Origin: an uncultured virus (IMG/VR IMGVR_UViG_2100351003_000006)
Lineage: Duplodnaviria; Heunggongvirae; Uroviricota; Caudoviricetes
Direction: 5' to 3' (one strand)
Length of the DNA stretch: 6,146 bases
Virus record (IMG/VR): IMGVR_UViG_2100351003_000006
Made by a program: the position numbers and the translations under genes. Shown here piece after piece: positions 1 to 5,214 of this stretch (position 1 is the stretch's first letter; each line of letters starts with the position of its first letter). The notes below the pieces were generated by a model. The model was given only the letters and a program-made list of their open reading frames with translations. It was not told where the DNA came from and did not search any database.

Positions 1-96
1 CCGGCTTCCGGCCGCTTGCAGGCAGATGTCGTGTTTCGCATCGGCCCAGTCGATGCCGATGAAGGCGGCGAATTCTGGGTTGGGTTCAGGAGTCAT
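1..96 (-). CDS. IS110-family DEDD recombinase/transposase, N-terminal 32 codons (runs off the window edge)
   Basis: Manual translation from ATG at 96-94 gives MTPEPNPEFAAFIGIDWADAKHDICLQAAGSR. The FIGIDWA..KHD motif is the typical first strand and catalytic Asp of the RuvC-like DEDD domain of IS110 proteins. A strong SD (GGAGGT, 109-104) lies 7 nt upstream. Confidence 0.92.
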   Translation of the reverse strand, partial: MTPEPNPEFAAFIGIDWADAKHDICLQAAGSR

Positions 97-103
97 AGTT
101 CAC

Positions 104-126
104 ACCTCCAAGTGCTAGAGTGGAGG
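104..126 (-). promoter_or_regulatory. Shine-Dalgarno of the IS110 recombinase within a hairpin
   Basis: CCTCCA (105-110) and TGGAGG (121-126) form a perfect 6-bp inverted repeat with a 10-nt loop. One arm is the GGAGG SD on the minus strand. Confidence 0.6.
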
Positions 127-145
127 AACGGGACGTGCCTGCCTG

Positions 146-286
146 GGCGCTGCGAAAGCAATATAGAGAGTCGATGAAGCGACAATCCCTGAGTATTCGT
201 TATCGCGCTCAAGCGCACCCGCGGATTCGAAACCAAACTGGTGAACATCGAATGTTTGCGTGGAATTATTCGTAATCCGCGGCTGC
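146..286 (-). ncRNA. Bridge RNA core: target-binding loop (~286-215) followed by donor-binding loop (~210-146); the full transcript may start near 531
   Basis: Minus-strand RNA, TBL: CCGCGGAUU-A-CGAA [UAAUUCCACGCA] AACAU-UCG-AUGUU [CACCAGUUUGGU] UUCG-AAUCCGCGG. DBL: GCGA [UAACGAAUACUCA] GGGA-UU-GUCG-CUUCAU-CGAC-UCUC [UAUAUUGCUU] UCGC. Both left guides end in CA and both right guides contain UG followed by 2 nt and UUCG. One guide of each loop matches the junction. Confidence 0.82.
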
Positions 287-410
287 ATGTCCCGCTTTCA
301 CCGACAGCTACCTGCCGGCTGTAGTTAGACTACCGAAAGCGGAACCACCGCATGTGGGCCCGGCAAGGGGGCGACCACGCCATGCGTGCCCTTCAAAAAG
401 CCAATGCTGG

Positions 411-440
411 CGTCTTGTCGGCGTGCTCGCCGACAAGACG
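411..440. repeat. Perfect 13-bp inverted repeat (hairpin) inside the IS110 non-coding end
   Basis: CGTCTTGTCGGCG (411-423), TGCT loop, CGCCGACAAGACG (428-440). Confidence 0.9.
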
Positions 441-537
441 GTCGGCTCGCCTGCTGGCTCGCTCGACCATGCTTTTAGAATAAATTGAAGAGCATGTCTG
501 GCAGTTGCCTCTGGCCCTGCTCACACTTGGTTGAGTA

Positions 538-543
538 ACTATA
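538..543 (-). promoter_or_regulatory. Putative -10 box (TATAGT) of the IS110 circle-junction promoter
   Basis: TATAGT lies 1 nt inside the predicted core and points toward the RNA and recombinase. The flank supplies only AGAACA at the -35 position. IS110 elements are known to assemble a promoter across the right-end/left-end junction after excision. Confidence 0.6.
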
Positions 544-978
544 TTGCGTGGAATACACATTGTTCTGCGGGGTTTTTCGTTTATACCTGTTGACCTCGTT
601 ACCCCACAAATGTCAGTTTTTGCCGATTTTGGCGTCTTACGGGCCATTTCTCTCGAAACCTCGTGACTTCGCGATTTTAGTGCAGAACTTTTAAGCCTTT
701 GTTTTTGCTGTTCTTTTAGGGACGACCGAACGGGAGTTTTCCGACGTTCGTCTTGGTTCAGACAGATACGCCAACGCGAAATTTCTGGTTGGTGACGGTT
801 TGCCAAGGGCAAGTGAAGGTGGCTGCCCAGCGTCAATAACTATCTCTATCAGGCACTTACGCCCCCCCCGTTGGCCTCTTGAGCCAATACTACGGCGCAG
901 TTTCAACATTCTCGCAGCCCAACGCTTTCATCCGTTCGCTTGCGCGCGTGAAGCGTCGCATCGCCAGTATGCAATATA

Positions 979-994
979 CTGTGCATTCATACAG
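979..994. promoter_or_regulatory. LexA (SOS) box
   Basis: ta-CTGT-GCATTCAT-ACAG fits CTGT-N8-ACAG with the usual 5' TA. It overlaps a -10-like TATACT (975-980) and lies 43 nt before ATG 1038. Confidence 0.75.
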
Positions 995-1037
995 CCCGCT
1001 GCCGATCCACGACGCTTTCTCTTCAGTCTTACCCCCC

Positions 1038-1340
1038 ATGATTTTCAAGGTCTATCTGATGCGCATCGGTGGTCGGCGTCGCCCGTGGCGCGATATCCTG
1101 AACAGCGTTGCCTACGTTGGGGACCTGCGCACGGTGACCGAAAAACGTGGCGACGCCATCTACACCCAAGCACTGCTCGTCAGCGCCGAGGCATTGGCGC
1201 ACTCCCAGTTGCCAGCCCTCTACGAACCGGTATTGGTGACAATCGCGCCGATGGCGATCCAACTCCGTGGCTTCGAGCGTATGAAGGAGCCCGAGGGGTT
1301 CTACAGCGTGGTCCAGGAATGGCATTGCGTCACGCCGTAG
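1038..1340 (+). CDS. Small hypothetical protein (~100 aa), probably SOS-regulated
   Basis: Distal part of ORF 879..1340: MIFKVYLMRIGGRR...GDLR...LPALYEPVLV...LRGFE...VQEWHC. It has protein-like composition and resembles, from memory, an uncharacterised proteobacterial family often found behind LexA boxes. The start was moved to ATG 1038 because the LexA box lies inside the longer ORF. There is no clear SD, so the start is uncertain. Confidence 0.7.
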   Translation: MIFKVYLMRIGGRRRPWRDILNSVAYVGDLRTVTEKRGDAIYTQALLVSAEALAHSQLPALYEPVLVTIAPMAIQLRGFERMKEPEGFYSVVQEWHCVTP

Positions 1341-1762
1341 TCCTCCGACCACCAGAGGCGCGCGCAAGGTGAGCGCAGCAATCGCGCCCAGTCACCAAAA
1401 TCGGTGGAGTAAGTATCAGCAGTAACCTCTCGTGCTGAATCGTGCCGGCCCCCGGCCAGGAAGAGACGTAGCGGCGGCGAAAAATCGCCCGGCGCGAACG
1501 TCGGCTAACTGATCCGGAACCCGCCGCCCGGCTCTGTTCGCTGTCGGTCCAGTTCTCGGCCTGAGCTGACCTTGGGCCTGTGGTCAGACTAGAGCAGCAA
1601 TGCGCTGGTTACCTGCCGCTCAGCCACAAGCAGCACCGATCGGCAGCATCTCTATCCGGCGAATACCTACTCCAGCCCCAAGCGGACGTATTCGCAGCTT
1701 TGATGGGCGTACGGCGCCTTCCGACGCGTCATCATCTTTCGGTACGGGGTCAAGATCTCCCA

Positions 1763-1791
1763 GTGCCAACCTCATGGCTACCTAGTATGAT
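1763..1791 (+). promoter_or_regulatory. Putative sigma70 promoter for the defence operon
   Basis: GTGCCA (1763-1768), 17-nt spacer, TATGAT (1786-1791). SD GGAGG at 1835-1839 lies 8 nt before TTG 1848. Confidence 0.45.
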
Positions 1792-1847
1792 CGCGCAGAT
1801 GGCATACTGCCTGAAAATCATAGGTCGTTACATGGGAGGGGCAGCCT

Positions 1848-2849
1848 TTGCGCATCAACCACGCCGCGCAAATCTGCGCGCTTTCGTCGTCAGAACTTGA
1901 AGACTTCGTCAACGACTGGCTCGCCCAGCGTTGCAAGGACTACTACGGCCACGAGCTATGGCGTGGCACGGGTGACATGGGCCGCGATGTGACAGGGTAC
2001 GTCACCGACCGCAGTATGGAAGGTCCATGGGACAACTTCCAGTGCAAGCAGCTCAGCTCTAAGCTCTCCGAGGCGTCAGCCTTCATCGAGCTAGGCAAGA
2101 TATTCAAGCATTCGGCCGACGGCGCGTTCTCACTTCCACGCGCCTACACCTATGTCGCGCCGCTCGGCGTTGTTCGGAATGTGCGGCACTTCGTCGCACA
2201 TCCCGAGCAGTTTAGGCAGGCCTTCCTGGACCGATGGGACAGTGTCATCGCTGGGGATCTCGTAGAGAATCAGGTCGTGAAGTTGACCTCCGAGATCGAG
2301 GCCAAAATTCGAGCGTTTGAATTCACGCGGGTGAACTGGCTAGACGCCAATCGCCTCGTCAACGATCCCGCATGCAAAGCGGCTCTGGTGGCATGGTTTG
2401 GCGCCGACCCGGGACTCTGGCCTAGGGGCGTCGTGCCAGACGAAATTCAGGCCAGCGAGTCCTCCTACATCGGCCAGCTCCTCAAGATCTACGGGGAAAA
2501 GGGGCCGGGGACCTATCCGGACGCGGCTGCGGCGCTCGCATCTCCAGAGTTCGGCCCTCACCTGCGTGCCCAGCGCACCCGTTTCTTCGATTCAGTGGCC
2601 TTTGATCGCTATTACCGCGATTCAACGCCCAAAGAGTACCTAAATTATTTCAAGGATGAGATCTACCATGGTGTTCTCGACGTACACAATGGGGAGTACG
2701 CGGGCCGCTTCACACGGCTCAGTCAGGTAATGCAACACGCGGCTATCCTTCAGGCGTCCGGAGTACTAGGCAAACACGCAGGCCCACAGGTCAAGCAAGG
2801 CACCTGCCACCAGTTTGCAAACGAAGGGCTGCTGCCGTGGGATCGCTAG
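1848..2849 (+). CDS. lmuA: Lamassu / ABC-3C effector: N-terminal Mrr-like PD-(D/E)xK nuclease plus ABC-3C C-terminal domain (CTD6-like)
   Basis: 333 aa, TTG start with SD. Nuclease motifs ELEDFV, GDMGRDV and FQCK (QxK variant). C-terminal QRTRFF and KQGTCHQFANEGLLPW are typical of ABC-3C CTDs. It sits upstream of a middle component and an ABC ATPase. Confidence 0.85.
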   Translation: MRINHAAQICALSSSELEDFVNDWLAQRCKDYYGHELWRGTGDMGRDVTGYVTDRSMEGPWDNFQCKQLSSKLSEASAFIELGKIFKHSADGAFSLPRAYTYVAPLGVVRNVRHFVAHPEQFRQAFLDRWDSVIAGDLVENQVVKLTSEIEAKIRAFEFTRVNWLDANRLVNDPACKAALVAWFGADPGLWPRGVVPDEIQASESSYIGQLLKIYGEKGPGTYPDAAAALASPEFGPHLRAQRTRFFDSVAFDRYYRDSTPKEYLNYFKDEIYHGVLDVHNGEYAGRFTRLSQVMQHAAILQASGVLGKHAGPQVKQGTCHQFANEGLLPWDR

Positions 2850-3352
2850 AGCGCAATGCATGGGGCTCGCACCCGTTCAACAGCACACTAGAGACCGGAA
2901 TCCGTGCGCTGGTGCTGCTGGAGGCCTTCTATCCGCGGCGCTGTGATCTGCTGGAGATGACTTGGCTCGACCATCTAATCGTCCACACCGGCGACCTCGA
3001 CGGCCAAGATGTGCCGGAAAGCTTGCATCCGGATTTACCCAACCGCGCCGGGGAGTTGCTCGTGCGCCGCCAACTGGTCGAGAAAAGCTTGCGCCTGATG
3101 CAGCAAGTGCATCTCGTCGACGTGTTCGAAACTGAGGAGGGTATTACGTTCGGTGCCAGCGAAGACGCGCCGAGCTACCTGGATCTCCTGCAGGCGCCGT
3201 ATTCCCTTGCCCTCAAGGAACGCGCCAAGTGGATGGCCAACCGCTTCGCGGGCATGCAAACCGCCGAGATGCGAGCGCTGATCGAGAGCCGCATCGGACG
3301 CTGGACCGCTGACTTCCGGGTAGAAGAGCTGCCAACGGGGCTTCAAAAATGA
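2837..3352 (+). CDS. lmuC: Lamassu / ABC-3C middle component (MC2-like)
   Basis: 171 aa, GTG start overlapping the lmuA end by 13 nt. Motifs PFNSTLETGIRALVLL, LDHLIVHTGD, ESLHP and ELLVRRQLVEKSL. Typical size and position. Confidence 0.82.
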   Translation: MGSLERNAWGSHPFNSTLETGIRALVLLEAFYPRRCDLLEMTWLDHLIVHTGDLDGQDVPESLHPDLPNRAGELLVRRQLVEKSLRLMQQVHLVDVFETEEGITFGASEDAPSYLDLLQAPYSLALKERAKWMANRFAGMQTAEMRALIESRIGRWTADFRVEELPTGLQK

Positions 3353-5214
3353 ACGGCATCCGTCTGCGTCATCTGGTCTTCACCGGCCCGAACGTCGAGC
3401 TCGCCGAGCTTGAGTTCGGCGATGGCTTGAACATTGTTTTCGGTGCCTCCAACACCGGGAAGTCATTTGCGTCGAAGGCCATTCTCTTCGCGCTGGGCGC
3501 TTCCGGGAAGCTGCCGGAGACTCAGGAGATCAAGGCTTACGACGGTATCTGGCTCGGCATCACGTTGGCCGACCAGGGCGAGTTTACGCTTTATCGGGCG
3601 ACGCGCGGCGGCCACCTCAAGCTCTTCCCAGGCCTGATCAAGGGCGCGCAAAATTCCAAAGGGGAAGTACTACGCCAAGCGCACACCTACAAGCGCACCG
3701 ACACCGTCTCGCATCGACTGCTTGAGGCTATTGGCCTGGCCAACAAGTGGGTGGTGCGCGACGGCAACGGCAAGAAAGACTCGCTGTCCATCCGTCTGCT
3801 GTCGAAGTACTTTGTGGTGGGGGAAACGGACATCATGTCCGAGACCAGTCCGGTCTATCTATCGGGCAGTCCGACAGAGCGCACGTTCGAGCAGAACCTC
3901 TTCAAGCTCCTCCTCACAGGCAGCGACGATTCGGCAGCCGTGACAGTCCCGAACGAGACGGAGCGCAAGGCCGCCAAGGCGGCGAAAATCGAGCTGGTCG
4001 ACGAGTTGCTGGCGCAACTCGACGCTGAACTCGGCGGGGAGCCAACGGATAAGAAGGAAACTGACGAGCAGCTTGAGCGACTCGATCAGAGTGCCGACGG
4101 CTTGCACGCTCGGTTGCAGAACACGCAAAACGAGCTGGATGGCCTCGTGGTCGCGCGACGTGCAAACCTTGATCGTAGCCGCGAACTGCAAGAGCGCGCC
4201 GGTGAGCTAGAGCTAACGCTGCAGCGCTTTGCCAAGCTGAAGGCGGTCTACAGCTCCGACCTGGATCGTCTACACTCCATTGAGGAAGGCGGCTACGTGC
4301 TGGTGGCCATGGTCGGACGTGACTGCCCGGTCTGTGGCGCTCCGCCCGACGCCCAGAAACACAATCACGCCGCGGATGAGATTTCTATGGCGCACACGGC
4401 CGCTACCGCCGAGGCCTCCAAGATTGAGCGCGAGCAACGAGAACTCGCGCCCGTGATCGCCTCGCTTGAGGCCGAGGCCGTCGGTCTGAGTAAGACCATC
4501 GACAAGCTAATGACCGATACCGAGAGGCTAGACGGCGCTATTCAGGGCCTCCGCCCCCAGGAAGCATCTCTACGGGAGAGCTACGAGACCTACAACTCGA
4601 AGCGCGCCGAGATCCTCAAGGTGCTCGACCTCCATCACCGGCGCGCGAAGCTGGCATCGCGGCGCGCCGAGATCGGCGCCGTTCCGACGAAGCGCGAGGG
4701 TGAGCCGGCACGGGTAGGCCTGGACTCAACGACTGCATTTGACTTCGGCGAGACGGTGAAGGCAGTGTTGAAAGCCTGGAAATTCCCCGACGCTGACAAG
4801 GTCCAGTTCGATGGGAAGGCCAACGACATTACTGTCGGAGGCAAATCCCGTGCTGCCAATGGCAAGGGGGTCCGGGCAGTGCTCCACGCGGCTTTCAACG
4901 TCGCGGTGATTGTCCACTGCATCGACAACAACCGGCCGCATGCTGGCTTTCTAGTGCTCGACACCCCGCTGCTCACCTACCGCGAGCCGCTGAAGTCGAA
5001 GTACGGTGAGTTGTCGCAGGACGAGGCCGAGCTCAAAGCTACCTCGCTCGCGGAACACTTCTACAAGTACCTCTCGAGCCTCGCGGAGCGCGTGCAAGTC
5101 ATCGTCATCGAGAACTCGGATCCGCCCTCAGCCATTGACGGGTTGGCCCGCATCGAGACCTTCACTGGTGAGCAGGGCAATGGGCGGGCTGGGTTGCTCG
5201 CCAGGCTCGCATGA
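3349..5214 (+). CDS. lmuB: Lamassu SMC/Rad50-like ABC ATPase sensor
   Basis: 621 aa. Walker A GASNTGKS (3442-3465), heptad-rich coiled coils flanking a CPVC zinc-hook motif (4324-4335), degenerate signature ANGKGVRA, Walker B FLVLDTP (4948-4968) and VIVIEN switch strand. ATGA overlap with lmuC. Confidence 0.9.
   Translation: MNGIRLRHLVFTGPNVELAELEFGDGLNIVFGASNTGKSFASKAILFALGASGKLPETQEIKAYDGIWLGITLADQGEFTLYRATRGGHLKLFPGLIKGAQNSKGEVLRQAHTYKRTDTVSHRLLEAIGLANKWVVRDGNGKKDSLSIRLLSKYFVVGETDIMSETSPVYLSGSPTERTFEQNLFKLLLTGSDDSAAVTVPNETERKAAKAAKIELVDELLAQLDAELGGEPTDKKETDEQLERLDQSADGLHARLQNTQNELDGLVVARRANLDRSRELQERAGELELTLQRFAKLKAVYSSDLDRLHSIEEGGYVLVAMVGRDCPVCGAPPDAQKHNHAADEISMAHTAATAEASKIEREQRELAPVIASLEAEAVGLSKTIDKLMTDTERLDGAIQGLRPQEASLRESYETYNSKRAEILKVLDLHHRRAKLASRRAEIGAVPTKREGEPARVGLDSTTAFDFGETVKAVLKAWKFPDADKVQFDGKANDITVGGKSRAANGKGVRAVLHAAFNVAVIVHCIDNNRPHAGFLVLDTPLLTYREPLKSKYGELSQDEAELKATSLAEHFYKYLSSLAERVQVIVIENSDPPSAIDGLARIETFTGEQGNGRAGLLARLA

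Larger units (their letters stand above)
1..546 (-). mobile_element. IS110-family insertion sequence, left end (partial); predicted boundary at core dinucleotide CA, 546-545 on the minus strand
   Basis: Recombinase start plus a long upstream non-coding end. The boundary is inferred from internal guide matches: 256-266 is identical to 544-554 (TTGCGTGGAAT), and 158-166 (GCAATATAG) is the reverse complement of 539-547. The two matches overlap at 544-547. Confidence 0.85.

Noticed and set aside
411..440. 13-bp hairpin as an intrinsic terminator
   Set aside because: No U-tract directly follows on either strand, so it was kept only as an inverted repeat.
158..547. 158-166 / 539-547 as terminal inverted repeats of a MITE
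   Set aside because: Better explained as the right donor guide: 158-166 lies in an internal loop that parallels a second loop matching the flank.
569..605. Tn3-like terminal repeat (GGGGT...AACGAAAA on the minus strand) or lambda-like att core TTTATAC
   Set aside because: The spacing does not fit the 38-bp Tn3 IR, there is no terminal TAAG and no cognate enzyme. The TTTATAC flanks do not match lambda core sites.
393..836. 147-aa minus-strand ORF
   Set aside because: It crosses the inferred IS boundary at 545-546 and the structured non-coding end. It is K/R/S-rich because of the T tracts and has no recognisable motif.
879..1037. N-terminal extension of ORF 879..1340 (TTG 879 or ATG 969)
   Set aside because: It contains the LexA box and a -10-like hexamer, so it is more likely promoter and leader. 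Not fully excluded.
691..1372. ORFs 691..909 (-), 800..1372 (+) and 1029..1367 (-)
   Set aside because: Low-complexity or shadow frames with no motifs. The last two overlap the more protein-like 1038-1340 frame.
1580..1900. ORFs 1580..1900 and 1600..1785
   Set aside because: No motifs or SD. They run over the palindromes, and the longer one also covers the predicted promoter and the lmuA start.
1848..5214. Wadjet (JetABCD), SbcCD or CBASS assignment
   Set aside because: The ATPase is short with a zinc hook rather than an SMC hinge. No Toprim JetD, Mre11/SbcD phosphoesterase or CD-NTase is present. Gene order fits Lamassu / ABC-3C.
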